64,000 bases of DNA from a virus: IMG/VR virus record IMGVR_UViG_3300022856_000003. The stretch is one strand, 5' to 3'. A model generated the notes under the pieces. It saw nothing but the letters and a program-made list of their open reading frames with translations. It was not told where the DNA came from and did not search any database. Shown here one piece after another: positions 29,226-40,880 of the stretch (the first letter of the stretch is position 1; the number at the start of each line of letters is the position of its first letter). A program made the position numbers and the translations under genes.

Positions 29226-30719
29226 TGTGGAAGCCACTGAACTACGACCCGGATACGGGTGAAGACGACGCTCAATGGGTGCGCTGCTGGTTCGCCTGGG
29301 AATACGAGCCGGGTAAATGGGATGTGTGGAACGAGATCGGACTCGACATCGTTGGCGGGCACGCTCCCATCAATGCGCTGGCGACGATGTTCTGGATGCC
29401 GTTCGTCGCTCCAGTCCCCCCAGCGCCTCCTGGTGAGACAGAAGAGCCTCCAGAGGTCTGGCTCAAGGCCGAGTACCAGGCTCATCGTCGCATCGTCCCT
29501 GATGGTGTCGACGGCACATGGTGTGTGGAGGCTGGCGAGTTTCGATGCTCGATCACTGAGGGGTCCAGCTACGGGAAAGATGACTACCGTGGCTATGTGT
29601 CCATCGTCTGGGTAGGTATCGGTTGGAAGGTTCACGCCTGGATGACGCCGATTAAGGATCGTGAGATCAAGGAGTCATGCTTCGATCGTGTGATTGACGC
29701 TTTCGCGTATGCTCATGCAGAGATGGAGAAGACCCGATGAGCTGGCTCCAAACCTTGCCGCTGACCTCAATGGAGGGCGAGTGGTCCCGCGATGACGGCG
29801 TGTCCATCTACATGGACCCGGAGATCGACGACGCCTCATGGTCTGTTCGACTGCCTGACGGCCACAGGATGCGAACACCGGTTCAAGGGAACATGGAAGG
29901 TGTGGGCGACCGTGCCTGCCAGTGGGTAGACAAGTTCATCGTCGATCAGACCGTTCAGTACGAGCACTGTGGCTGCGACCATCACGGGGACAAGGCTGGC
30001 TGCGAGTTCAACGTCTGCGAATGCAAGTGTGAGTGGAAGGTGGAGAAGATCCGATGAGCCTTACCGAGTTCCTTAGCTCCGACACGAAGGCCGGTTGGGT
30101 CCATTTCGAGGGTGGCCAGGTCTATCTGACCCTCGCCCCGGGAAAGATGAACCTCAAGGACTTGAAGGCCACCAGTGGGCTTCACGGGTTCATCACGGAG
30201 GCCGAGTCTGCGTGTCTCGAACGGGGATGGGTGTGCCACGTCACGACGACCCAGGCCAACCACGTCATCACGCTCGAGGAGCGCGGGTTCAAGAAGGGTA
30301 CCGGGTACGGTCACACGACGTTCTCTCGAAGTATGAAGCCGAAGGAGATCGTCGAGGAGAAGACACCCACGAGGTCACAGTGGAGCCGATTGATCAACGT
30401 TCTTCTGGCGAAAGCTCTCGGAGGCGCTCCACGTCGACTGACCGAGGCCGAGGTCTGCAAGCTCGCCCCTGCCGCGCAGGAGCAGCTTCTTCGCGCCCTC
30501 CAGGCTCTCGATCGTCGTGAGCCGACGAACCGCGACCTGCAACGAGCAGTAGCAGGTGGAAAGTTGAGACTGCCAACGGCGAGCAAGGGTTGAGTCGCGT
30601 CAAAGACTGAGTTAGGGTGCAGTGATTGCGGCGGGGAGATGGTACATTCTCTCTACTGACCTGGCGGGTTGAGCCGATCAGGTCGAAAGATCCCCACTCG
30701 GACACCCGGAGCCACTCGA

Positions 30720-31178
30720 ATGACGGACTTCCTCACGCTGAACCTCTCTGAACTTGATCTCGACGACATCTTCGGCGCGGAGACGAATCGTCCGCCGAGC
30801 TGGCACAAGTTCCGGCTCATCTTCTCGAAGCTGGCCGCCGATCTGAACCTCCACATGTCGACCGACATTGTCGAGATCGACATGGCTGACGCGGCGCACG
30901 CGCTCGTCGTGGGTCCGAACGCCGGAGCGGGTCAGACCCGGATGTCGAGTTTCGTGCTTGTGGTGGACCCGGATTCGTCGGGTGCGAGCGAGATCCTCAC
31001 CCTCGACGAGACCGCGCTGCCTCCTGGCGTCTACTCGATCAAGAACAGCGGTGGCGAGGGCATCGCGGTGCAGGATTCCGCCGCTTCGGCCATCGCGACC
31101 GTGGCCACGGCCACGACGGCGCTGTTCCATCTGAACGAGGACACGGGCGTGACTCTGGTCGGCACCATGGACGCCTAG
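30720..31178 (+). CDS. hypothetical, possibly virion decoration protein
   Basis: ATG 30720 after GGAG; strongly biased codons; followed by a hairpin. Confidence 0.55.
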   Translation: MTDFLTLNLSELDLDDIFGAETNRPPSWHKFRLIFSKLAADLNLHMSTDIVEIDMADAAHALVVGPNAGAGQTRMSSFVLVVDPDSSGASEILTLDETALPPGVYSIKNSGGEGIAVQDSAASAIATVATATTALFHLNEDTGVTLVGTMDA

Positions 31179-31210
31179 TAGGCGTCTGGACGACTGTCGT
31201 CCGAAGATTC

Positions 31211-31250
31211 GGTGATGCCTCGCCACCACGTCGGTGTGCGGGGCATCACC
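31211..31250 (+). terminator. stem-loop after gene (terminator-like, no U tract)
   Basis: GGTGATGCCTCGC ... GCGGGGCATCACC inverted repeat. Confidence 0.5.
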
Positions 31251-31256
31251 ATGTCT

Positions 31257-31388
31257 GCACCATTAGGTCTTTGAATAGCCCCTGCCGCGCGCTGTGCGGC
31301 CACCTCGTGGGCGAGCGGTTAGTGAACGCCGACTCGCGCCAGTGAAGCCTAAGACCTCTCTATGAGGCTCCTGCGCCCTCTGACGAGG
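31257..31388 (+). repeat. fixed-spacing dispersed element, copy 1
   Basis: GCACCATT at 31257, ACGCCGACTC at 31326, CTC-led units at 31358/31368/31378. Confidence 0.7.
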
Positions 31389-31416
31389 TGTGGGTATAAT
31401 CCTCTCAGGAGCACTT

Positions 31417-32088
31417 ATGAGTCTTATTGGTCTGGCCTCAGCCATCATCGAAGGACCCTTCGGGAGAACCCAGGAGATGGTCCTCACTGGCCTCAACGAG
31501 ATGGGCGACATCATCGTCCCTCGTAGTCCATTCCAGTTCTGGCCAGAGTCCATCAGCATCAGCATGTCTGCCGACTACGCAGACAAACCAATCCTCGGAG
31601 GTAGTCACCCCATCAAGCAATGGGTGAGTACTTCCGGTCGTCAGATCAGCTTCTCGCTTCTCGTAGCTCGAGACATCAAGCCGAAGACTGAACTCCCAGA
31701 GATCGCGTTCCTAGTCGCCCCCCAGGCTGACACGAACAAGGAGTTCAATTACGACATCAAGCGGGAGATCGACCGACTACAGGCTTGCCTGCTGCCGACG
31801 TACAAGGACGGAGACGAGCCGATCATCGTCCGTCCTCCTCCGATCGTGTACATCGAAGCTCCAGGACTCGGGTGGGCTCTGAATGCCGAACCAGACATCC
31901 TCGTAGGCGTCATCACCAGTCTGAACATCGTCTACAAGCGCGTCTTCACGGAGAGTGGAACGCCACGACAGGCCACCATCGACGTGTCTGTGTCCGAGGT
32001 GGTTCAGTACCCGGGTGAAGGTGTGAGGTTCTTCGGGCTCGAGGACCTAGCCAGCCGAGACTGGTGGAACGTCTCAGACCCGTCCTGA
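31417..32088 (+). CDS. contractile-injection-system tube initiator-like protein (Afp7/Pvc7 N-terminal-like)
   Basis: FQFWPESISIS...PILGGSHPIKQWVSTSGRQISFSL, PPP.V, GVITSLNIVY..F...GTPR.A.IDVS..E. Confidence 0.7.
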   Translation: MSLIGLASAIIEGPFGRTQEMVLTGLNEMGDIIVPRSPFQFWPESISISMSADYADKPILGGSHPIKQWVSTSGRQISFSLLVARDIKPKTELPEIAFLVAPQADTNKEFNYDIKREIDRLQACLLPTYKDGDEPIIVRPPPIVYIEAPGLGWALNAEPDILVGVITSLNIVYKRVFTESGTPRQATIDVSVSEVVQYPGEGVRFFGLEDLASRDWWNVSDPS

Positions 32089-32117
32089 TTGCGCTTCTGG
32101 TTGTTCAGTGCTAGACT
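32089..32117 (+). promoter_or_regulatory. sigma70-like promoter with a TGTTCA spacer motif
   Basis: TTGCGC-17 nt-TAGACT, extended -10. Confidence 0.6.
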
Positions 32118-32580
32118 GTAGTCAGGAGATGCGCTGAATGTCATCAAAGCTGGAACGACTACGTCGTCTCAAAAAGCCGCAGAAATCTCCACAGGCGTTC
32201 CCGATCGTCCGTAAGAAGTTCCCTGTTCCCGGTACCGACGGGCAGGGACCTCTACAGCCGGAACTTCTGTCTATCCAGCCCCTCTCCAAACCAGCAGCAC
32301 TACTGGAGCTGTCTGAGAGCATCCAGAAGAAACGACGTGCGACCGGCAAGGTCATCGATGTGGATCTCTCTGAGTACGAGGGCAGACCTGATCAGAGATG
32401 TGAGAACTGCCCTAACCAGGCTACTGCGTGGTTCCTGATCTACATGGACGACCAGGACATGGACTTCTTCTTCAACGATCAGCAGTACACAGGACCCCAC
32501 CCGACTGCCTGTTGCACAGGTGCTTGTGCCAAAGAGTTCGGTGCCTGGGACGGAAGCAAGAAGGTTCGCGTCCGTCGCGT

Positions 32581-32632
32581 TTGAACATTCAGCGAACCAG
32601 TGTTACACTGTTCGCACAACGAAATCGATTTC
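32581..32632 (+). promoter_or_regulatory. sigma70-like promoter with a downstream palindromic site
   Basis: TTGAAC-17 nt-TACACT (32604-32609), then GAAATCGATTTC at 32621. Confidence 0.65.
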
Positions 32633-33712
32633 GCCACGAGGTGTGGCTGAGAGGTTCTGGTGCCAGACCCCATTCAAGTACTTGCTGATCCCACCGACCC
32701 GCACCGGATGACGGTCTCCGAGATGCTCGACATCATCCGCCAGGAAACGGCCGACGACCCGTCCTTCGTCGAGGAAGTGATTGAAGCGTCAAAGCAGTAC
32801 GCGATCTACTGCAAGTGCGGCGGAATGCCCAACGAGGGTCGGAACAACCAGCCGTTCGACACCGAGGCCGAAGCTCAGTCCGAACTCGAGAAGATGCGCG
32901 CCGTGTTCAACCCCCTGGGCTCAGGCTCCATCGCGTGCTCTCAGTGGGCTGGTGCGAAGGTCTTTCCGTACACCGGGGAGAAGTGGCGACCCGAACTCGC
33001 CGCCGCGGAAGAGGCTGAGTCCCGTGCTTAGCGTCAAAGGCTTCCGTGCAGGATGGGGCGGGTCCGCAGGCGGATCACTCTCCGGGTTCCAGCGTGTCGC
33101 CCGCTCACGAGGAGAACCGGAGCCGACCACTGTGACCGGTAAGAAGGGACAGGGTCGAGCTGACCGCCTCCGTGACTACACCGTTCACGTCGTCCGTACC
33201 TCAGACCAGGAGCGGCGGGAGATGACCATCGGACCTGGGTATCACTCGAAGAAGGTGTGGCAGCAGAAGCAGGAAGACGCTCAGAAGACGCTCATGCGTC
33301 AACTCGGTTGGAAGGGATGATCTTGGATATCGAAGCCGTCATGGTCTCCAGACTCATCGCGCACCTCGAGTCCATTCAAGGGACATTGACGGACGACGAG
33401 CAGGAGGAGGAAAACCTCGAACTGCTGGAACATCTCCAACATGTAGAGAGGCAAGCCGGATGAGTTCACCGCAGTTCGACATGGGCCACATGATGGGTCT
33501 GAATACCGGTCGAGATGAGGCTAGAACCCTTCTGACCGCCATAGCTCAGCCGACGATAGATCGCCTCGTCAAGGAGGCGAAGGACGGTGCGAGCGTACTC
33601 AAGGTGAACCGACTCGAATGGATGGTCGTCGCCTACAGCATGAGCCGTTCTCTCGAGCCGAGAGAACCAGAGCCGGGTGCCAACTTCTACGGAATCCCGC
33701 TGGAGATATCTG

Positions 33713-34645
33713 ATGATTGAAGCATTGCCACTGCCCGAAGGCTGGTACCAGGACGACGAGAAGAACAACCTCCCCGTCTACAAGTCGCTGAGCGGGACGA
33801 TCTTGCTCGCCCGACCCGATGGGACCTACGGATTCCGCCCGAAGGGTGTTCCGATGCGTATCGAGTGCCCCGGCGAGACGGCGCTTGAGATCATGACCAG
33901 GATCAACGCGAGCCTGCCCTTCGCTGGGCTCAAGTTCTACGTCGCCTCGGGTCTGACAAATCGAGTCCTGGCCAGGCGCATGATCCTACGACTCCAAGGC
34001 CAGGGTGCCCAGGTGACCTACGACTGGACCCAACATGGATCTGTCGCTACTGACGGGCCTGAACGCCTACAGGAGGTCGCTGACGCTGAGGTCCGGGGAG
34101 TGATGGAGGCTGACTTCGTCGTCATCGTCATGCCAGGTGGTCGAGGCACGCACACCGAACTCGGTGTGGCTCTCGGGACCGGGTCGAAGGTCTTCATGTG
34201 GCTTCCCAGCGACGACGCCCAAGACCATGAGAAGTGGCTCAACGACTTGGGAGTAGTCAAGTCGACAAGCGGCTACCCCTGCGTCTTTCACTACCACCCG
34301 CTCGTCGAGATCATCGCTGGAGAGAACGTAGGCCCCCTCATGTCCGCGATCGGTGAGTGGGCCGCTGAGGCTGACCGCTCGTCCGTCTGGCCAGTGGAAC
34401 TGTCGAAGCATCCTCGAGTGACCTTCCTCATCGGACCAGACGGACAGCGACCGTTCCCCTGGTACTGCGTGAAGACTCCGTCCTATCCCGGGTGGTTCGT
34501 CCAGACCAACCTTCCCCTCACTGATGTGGTCGAGTACGCCAAGAAGTCTCTCGCCCGTGACGTTGGCGCAGGCGTGACCCCTGACCGCGTCGGTGAACTC
34601 ATCAGCGGGACACACATGCACGTCATCCCGGTGTTCTATGTCTGA
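33713..34645 (+). CDS. nucleoside 2-deoxyribosyltransferase-like domain protein
   Basis: KFYVASG, YDWT.H, EVRGVMEADFVVIVMPGGRGTHTELGVALG. Confidence 0.75.
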   Translation: MIEALPLPEGWYQDDEKNNLPVYKSLSGTILLARPDGTYGFRPKGVPMRIECPGETALEIMTRINASLPFAGLKFYVASGLTNRVLARRMILRLQGQGAQVTYDWTQHGSVATDGPERLQEVADAEVRGVMEADFVVIVMPGGRGTHTELGVALGTGSKVFMWLPSDDAQDHEKWLNDLGVVKSTSGYPCVFHYHPLVEIIAGENVGPLMSAIGEWAAEADRSSVWPVELSKHPRVTFLIGPDGQRPFPWYCVKTPSYPGWFVQTNLPLTDVVEYAKKSLARDVGAGVTPDRVGELISGTHMHVIPVFYV

Positions 34646-37194
34646 GCCAGAAGAACGCAACGTCCAGATCAATCGACTCGACAAGAAGCTCAAGGCGTAT
34701 GGGTTCGCCACCTGGATGCACTGGGTTCCTGAGACGTTCACTATTCGATTGGCGATCCGCCTAAAGGAAAGCAGTGTCAGGATCGACGAAGCCCGCGTCC
34801 TCCATCTCACCGACGAGCAGATCGATGGATGGGCGGCGAATCTGGCTGTCGCCTTGTCGCCGCTTCGACTTCCAGCCCCGACGCTGGAAGGAGAAACGAA
34901 GCCATGACCCCAACCGTCTGGACAAATGGCCGTGAAGGTCAGCCCGAAGAAGATGTCGAGTTCATCTACCTCGCATACAAGTCTGGTGATAGGAGGAAGA
35001 CCCTCATCGTCGCCCCGGTCCATGATTCCCACCCAGACACCAGCGTCCTTTTGCGTTCCCTGATGCACTACGCAAAGGGGAAGGGTAATAAGTTCAAGTG
35101 GTGGTGGGCTCCCTTAGATTCCCCAACCCACCTCCCTGGTGAAGATCCACCGGAAGAAACATGACCCCCATCGAAACCATCGCAGCAGCTCTGATCGTCG
35201 TAGGACTTGACCCTGATCTGGAGATCTATGGCATCCAGCATCAACCAGGAGAAGGTCCTCCCTTCCTTGCCTACTGTGTGAACACACACGAACGGCGAGG
35301 AGAGACGCCCCGGCTCGCTGCCGACCTCTTCGCGGCTGAGCCCATCGTGTCGACGACCCCGTGGAAGGCATGGACCGACGATGATGATGCTCGTCATGGG
35401 TTCACGAGGAAGTGGAAGGGCGTCCGTATCCGTGTCATCCAGGGAGCTGTCTACGACGCCACCGAACCAGGCGACGAGGATCAGTTCGACTGGAACGTCC
35501 GCTACTACCTCCACGCCGACAGTGAGCTGACCCTGGCTCACAAGTTGGACCTGCCACGCATGACCATCGATCAGGTGCAGATGGGTGCCTCGTCCTTCGG
35601 TAACAAGGTCATCGTCGGAATCCAGAACCAACAGAAGAAGGCTCTCCGTTCTCGAGCTGAGAGCCAGATGGCTACGATGCGTGCCGCTGGACAAATGCCA
35701 GAAGGTGAGCACTAGATGGAGAGATTCATCTATCGAGTGCGTCGGGCGATATACAGGTTCGCGTTCGACTACATCAAGCCAGATCCACCCATCCTTCAGG
35801 TGAAGCCAGAGGTGGGCGATACCCGCTTCGCTGAGGCCAAGTTCACTGGCGAGTACAGGGGATCGGTGAAGATGCCGAAGAGGACGAAGCTCGTAGACAC
35901 CTCTGCATTTGCCTTGGTGATGGCGAGCAACTGGATGGTCCTCCGAGCTGAGGACCAGGGCATGAGCGGTGTCCTCTTGTCCGAGGCGTTCGAGTACACG
36001 ATCAAGTACGAGATCGACTACAGACCCATCAACCCTATGTCGACCGGGCTCCAGCCGATGGACCCCGCAGGCATCCGCCAACTCATCGTCAGTATGCTGG
36101 AAGCCGCCCAGGCTGAGCCCGATGTCGAAGAGGAGGAGAGTGAGCCTGCCACTGTGATCCAGCTCTTTGGAATCCCCGGAGGAAAGACAGATTTCCCTGA
36201 CCCACTCGACCCGATCGACCCTGACCCGCTCGACACTTGGCAGGAAGACAGACCATGAGCCGCACACCATCGATTCCTACGCTGACAACGATCGAGTGGG
36301 GCGAGTCCCCGCTCTCATTCAAGATGACCATCCAGAAGATGCCATTCGGGAAGAATCCGTGGCATTGGAAGGTGTGGTCCACCGCTGACGGTGAGGACAA
36401 GCTCTTGATCAAGCGGAAGGCCGCGACCGAAGACAAGGCTCTCGCTGAGGCTGAGGACTACGTCGAGAACGACTTGAGTGTCCGCATTCAGTTGGCGGCG
36501 AAGATGTCGGAGTTGAAGGCCACGGAGAAGATCGAGCAGATGCGATCCGTTGAGGCTGACCTCGCCGCCGCGAACTCACCCGTCTGATGATGAACGTCCG
36601 GTTCTGCATGGGCGACCAGATCGGCCCGCCGCCTCCTGGCGGCTACAAGCTGATGCTCAATTCATCGAAGAACTGGGTGCAGATCGACGTGTACGAGTGG
36701 TGGATGCTCAAAGGTCCTGTTCATCGAGCCAAGAGGGCCATTGAAGGTGCTGAGACGCTCGAGGAAGTTCGGATAGGGCTTGAGATGTCAGGTGCAGAGA
36801 AGTGGGAAGGGCCGATGCCATGAATGACGTGGAGAGCAGACGAAATCGATTGCGCGAGATTCTCGAAGCTCGTGGAGACCTCTCCTGTTTGGCTGTGGAC
36901 ACAGTTGACTCGATCATGGCCGACCTAGATGAGTTTCTAATCAGGGACGTGATTGTCCAGATGCACATCCCCACGTCGCAGCTAGGCCCCAGGATCGTCT
37001 GGTGGTTGCTCGTCATCGAGACTCAACTCGGAGGCAAGCCCATCGTCCGCAACCGCGTGGTGACTGGTGATCCGATCGCGGCCTATATCGAGTACTGCGA
37101 GACTCACAGGGGAGCACATTCACTTCGGAACACGGTGCAGCTCACCGAAGACCAGGCCGCGACCTGGAATGAGAAGTTCCCGCCGTCCGATTGA

Positions 37195-37223
37195 TTGACC
37201 CAACGCTCGACCACTGTTACACT
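37195..37223 (+). promoter_or_regulatory. sigma70-like promoter
   Basis: TTGACC-17 nt-TACACT, extended -10. Confidence 0.65.
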
Positions 37224-37982
37224 GTGGTCACCTGCTGATCCCCTTCAAGGTGAAGGACCTCTGATGCCACTACAGCGAGATACCGTTTCCAGACGCGACC
37301 AAATCGAAATGGCCGAAAAGGTTCGTCGATTCATCGAGACCGAGCTGGGCGTAGGCGATCCAGCGGTGGAAGCCAACGTGCTCACTATCGCTCTGACGAC
37401 ATGCTCTGACGATCTGCTCGAAGTTGAGGCGACATGCGGTCGCGGGTCTGACGACCATCGGCTTGCCTCTCAGATCAGTCAGAAGGTCAGTGCGCTCCCT
37501 CTCAGGGATGCGACCTGATGATCACGAAGCTCAAGACTCATTCGCTCGCACTCATCCTCGCTCTGCCATTCGGTGCAGCGGCGGTTCACGCTGTCGCTCA
37601 TGTAGGCGCGGCCCTGTTTGGTGTGCCCTGTCCGTGAGTGGTTCGCCCATAGTCTTTACGGACCCTTTTGAGTTCCGTGTCATCGTCGTGGTTGACCCTT
37701 TTTCTCACTGGCAGATCCCTATTGGTCTGATCTGGAGGTTCACGTCGAGTAAGCAGGTTTCCATCATCAAGGTGGATGCCCTTCCAACGACCTACCCGAA
37801 CGCAGGCGAAGTTCGATTCATTCGTTCTTGCAGAGACAACCTCAATTGGACATGCGGTTTCGACGAGAGGCCAAATTCTCTCGGTCCATATGTGATCGTC
37901 AAAGACAAGGTCGTCATTGACTCGTGGGCTGCTGATTCGCCCGAATCCTGGATGAAGAAGGCGGTATTCAAGGGGCTCGCCC

Positions 37983-38603
37983 ATGAGTGAACCAACCCAG
38001 ATCCTCGTTCCATGGTCAGGTGGAGCCGACTCGACTCTCGCGCTGATGCTCGCCCTGGCGAAGTATCCGAAGATCACTCGGGCCATGGTTGTCGATTGTA
38101 CGAACTTCCCGAGGAAGCAATTCAAGGGAGAGGCCAGAGCCAGGCTTCACGCACATGCCTTCCTGGTGTCGAAGTTCGAGCTACCGAAGCACTGGCTATT
38201 CACTGTGAAGCTCGATTACCCCGCGCTCGACATGGGTAGCTGGAGTGTTGGGCAGGCCGTTGCGCTTCATCAAGCCGCCTCGATGGCCGTGAAAGACGGT
38301 GGTGAGATCTGGTGGGGCAGCATCCGAAGCGATGACTTCTGGACCTACTACGACAGGTACGCGAACCTCCACACTGCCCTCAAGGGAGTGATGGACAAGG
38401 ATTACAAGAACTTCTTCCCTTTGATGCACAAGAAGAAGTTTGAGGTCCTCGACGACCTCAAAGCGTTCGGAGTCACCGAGAAGATGCGGTGGTCCTGTTC
38501 TCAGAACTCGACACGACCTTGTCAAAAGTGTGACTCCTGCATCACTGAGGCCCTTGCCCACGTTGAGCGAGACCTGACCCCGAAAGGTGGCGTGAAGCCA
38601 TGA
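37983..38603 (+). CDS. QueC-like PP-loop ATPase (7-cyano-7-deazaguanine synthase family)
   Basis: WSGGADST PP-loop; C-terminal WSC...PCQKCDSC Zn site. Confidence 0.75.
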   Translation: MSEPTQILVPWSGGADSTLALMLALAKYPKITRAMVVDCTNFPRKQFKGEARARLHAHAFLVSKFELPKHWLFTVKLDYPALDMGSWSVGQAVALHQAASMAVKDGGEIWWGSIRSDDFWTYYDRYANLHTALKGVMDKDYKNFFPLMHKKKFEVLDDLKAFGVTEKMRWSCSQNSTRPCQKCDSCITEALAHVERDLTPKGGVKP

Positions 38604-39535
38604 TCGAACACTCGATGACAGTCATAGGTCCAGATGCCCCACCATCCGACCATGAGTGGGAGATACTCGGCCACCGTCGCGCCCGACTCCACTCGTCACA
38701 GCAAGGCTATCCAGTCGACGCCTACAACGATGTCCCGTTCAAGGACATCCCAGGCATGGTCATGAGCACGAACGTCCTGTCCGTGATTCGCTGCATCGAG
38801 GCGGATCGAGACAAGGAGATCAGGACACACATCACTATCGTCCACGGTGATGACGACGACGACTGGGTGGCCGAGCTGATGGAATACTGGTCTGACCGCG
38901 ACCTCGACGCCGTCGATAAGTTCCTCTGCGGTCCTGACCAGGGCATGAGTTCCGCTGCTCTCATCGCTGCCGTTTGTGGAAGGGTCAGTCCTGAGAACAA
39001 GTTGAAGTACAACGGCTACCTGCGTCCTGAATCAGCTCGTCGCGTCCCGGTCGACGCCGACTCGTTCCGCCGATGTAGTCTGGCTCTCGCTGCCCTCAAG
39101 GAGTGTGGATTGCTCCTGGCAGACCTTCGCGATGTCCTGTCGTCCAGGTGGTCTCCCATCATCACCAGATGGGCAGAACTGGAGCTGTTACTTCGCGAGG
39201 ATAACGCCACAAGAATGAACGAGATCCTCGACGACCGCGACGGTACTCATGTCGTGATCGACACAGGTGAAGGAGCGGATGGCTGGACGGCTAGCGTCGA
39301 TCCCAAGGGCATGGCCGACATGCTCTCTGAGCAATTAGGATTCCCAGTCACCGCCGACATCATCATCAATGTGGCAGAACAAGAAGGACACACCGCTGTG
39401 GACTACCTCGCACACGTTGTTCCCTGTGCCTGCTGTAGCGAGAGATTCTGCAACATCCACCTCGAGCACTGGGCCGATTGCCCGTGTCCCGGACCACATG
39501 GAGACGACGATGGCCACGAAGCCGAAGACGCCTGA
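38600..39535 (+). CDS. hypothetical protein
   Basis: 311 aa coupled ORF with a Cys/His-rich C-terminus. Confidence 0.6.
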   Translation: MIEHSMTVIGPDAPPSDHEWEILGHRRARLHSSQQGYPVDAYNDVPFKDIPGMVMSTNVLSVIRCIEADRDKEIRTHITIVHGDDDDDWVAELMEYWSDRDLDAVDKFLCGPDQGMSSAALIAAVCGRVSPENKLKYNGYLRPESARRVPVDADSFRRCSLALAALKECGLLLADLRDVLSSRWSPIITRWAELELLLREDNATRMNEILDDRDGTHVVIDTGEGADGWTASVDPKGMADMLSEQLGFPVTADIIINVAEQEGHTAVDYLAHVVPCACCSERFCNIHLEHWADCPCPGPHGDDDGHEAEDA

Positions 39536-39743
39536 CCTGCCTGCCTGCTGCATCCCCTCTGATGGGGCCAGTCGCGCCGAGATCCTCTACTGCGCCTACA
39601 ACGAGGGAGGACCCGCAGAGCGGGCTGGACTCGCGTGGAATGGTCTTCCGTGTCCGACGTGGGCCGACCTCGAACTGCGGGCTTCATCTGGTGATGATGG
39701 TGCGTTTGGCGTCGTCGACAAGTGGAACTACGTCGCTCTCAAG

Positions 39744-39776
39744 TAATCCACAGACCTATCCACAGCCTGTGGACAA
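39744..39776. promoter_or_regulatory. cluster of three DnaA-box-like 9-mers
   Basis: TAATCCACA (39744), CTATCCACA (39756) and TGTGGACAA (39768; reverse complement TTGTCCACA). Confidence 0.5.
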
Positions 39777-40042
39777 AGGAATCCGATGCTCAAAACTCAA
39801 GCTGCGATCTTCGACATGACCTACCGGACGTTCCGACAGTGAAGCTGCTCATCACCTTCAAGTTCGGCGACGACGACACGCTCCAGTGCTGGTTCGATGT
39901 GCGTAACCGCGAGCACGCCTTCAAGGCGCTCAAGCTCAAGCAGGACAACGGGAACATCATCCTGCACGCTGAACTGTGCAACGACGGGTCACCGATTGAC
40001 CCATTGGCAGACTTCACCGTCTGGAAAAGGAGGTAGAGCAAG

Positions 40043-40423
40043 ATGAAAGCCCGACTCAGTCTGTCGATCTCTGACGACGCCCACGATTCACTCCAAGGCA
40101 TGGCCAAGGAGTACGGCCTCAACCGATCACAGGCAGCGGAGCTGTGTATCAGTGCCTTCCTCCTTGACCGAGGTGGCCTGACACCCGATCAGACGAAACG
40201 ACTGGAGGGCATCGTCGAAGGCCACCTCCGAGGTCGACCGATGCCTCTTCGATCGGAGCAACCGCACAGGAAACTCGAGTGCGGCGTATCGAAGGTGATG
40301 TCGTCACCGACAACAGAAGCGCCTGACATGCATGAGATCACCTACTGGTGCCACGGAAGCTGCGGCCGTCACGGCCAGTGCATGTACCGAGGTATCAACC
40401 CGATGAAGGAAGCTGGCTGTTGA
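40043..40423 (+). CDS. ribbon-helix-helix (CopG-like) DNA-binding protein
   Basis: RLSLSISDDAHDSLQGMAKEYGLNRSQAAELCI. Confidence 0.6.
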   Translation: MKARLSLSISDDAHDSLQGMAKEYGLNRSQAAELCISAFLLDRGGLTPDQTKRLEGIVEGHLRGRPMPLRSEQPHRKLECGVSKVMSSPTTEAPDMHEITYWCHGSCGRHGQCMYRGINPMKEAGC

Positions 40424-40574
40424 CCGTCATCTGTCCTAAGTGCTCCCGGAGGGTGAAATCCCGTGTTCCTCGCGGAGGTGATGGGAGTGCTGTTGTGCCC
40501 GTATGGCACAAGTCGAACGGCGAACCATGCCTTGGGCGATTCCGTACCGTGCCCTGGGGCGACCTGGAGGATGA

Positions 40575-40880
40575 GTGACCGTCGACCACCTCTACATCCT
40601 CCAGATGGCCGTCACAGGCGACCTCAAGGTTGGTCGAAGCAAGAAGCCGTTCGCTCGCATGAAGCAGCTCCAGACAGGTGCGCCGCATCGTCTCAAGCTG
40701 CTGGTCGTAGCTCGCTACCAGGGTCACCGTGAATCTCGAGTTCACGACCGCATGGCGAAGTTCCGCCTAAGTGGAGGTAGTGAGTGGTTCAGCGTCGATG
40801 CGTTCGGCTCCATCCCCGACAACGTGGTGGAGCTGATGCCACCAGAAGTCATGGAAGACCCCGACTGGTGGAAGACGTGA
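40575..40880 (+). CDS. GIY-YIG-like (T5orf172) nuclease domain protein
   Basis: LYILQ...LKVGRS..P..RMKQLQTG.P, E.RVH, EWF. Confidence 0.8.
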   Translation: MTVDHLYILQMAVTGDLKVGRSKKPFARMKQLQTGAPHRLKLLVVARYQGHRESRVHDRMAKFRLSGGSEWFSVDAFGSIPDNVVELMPPEVMEDPDWWKT

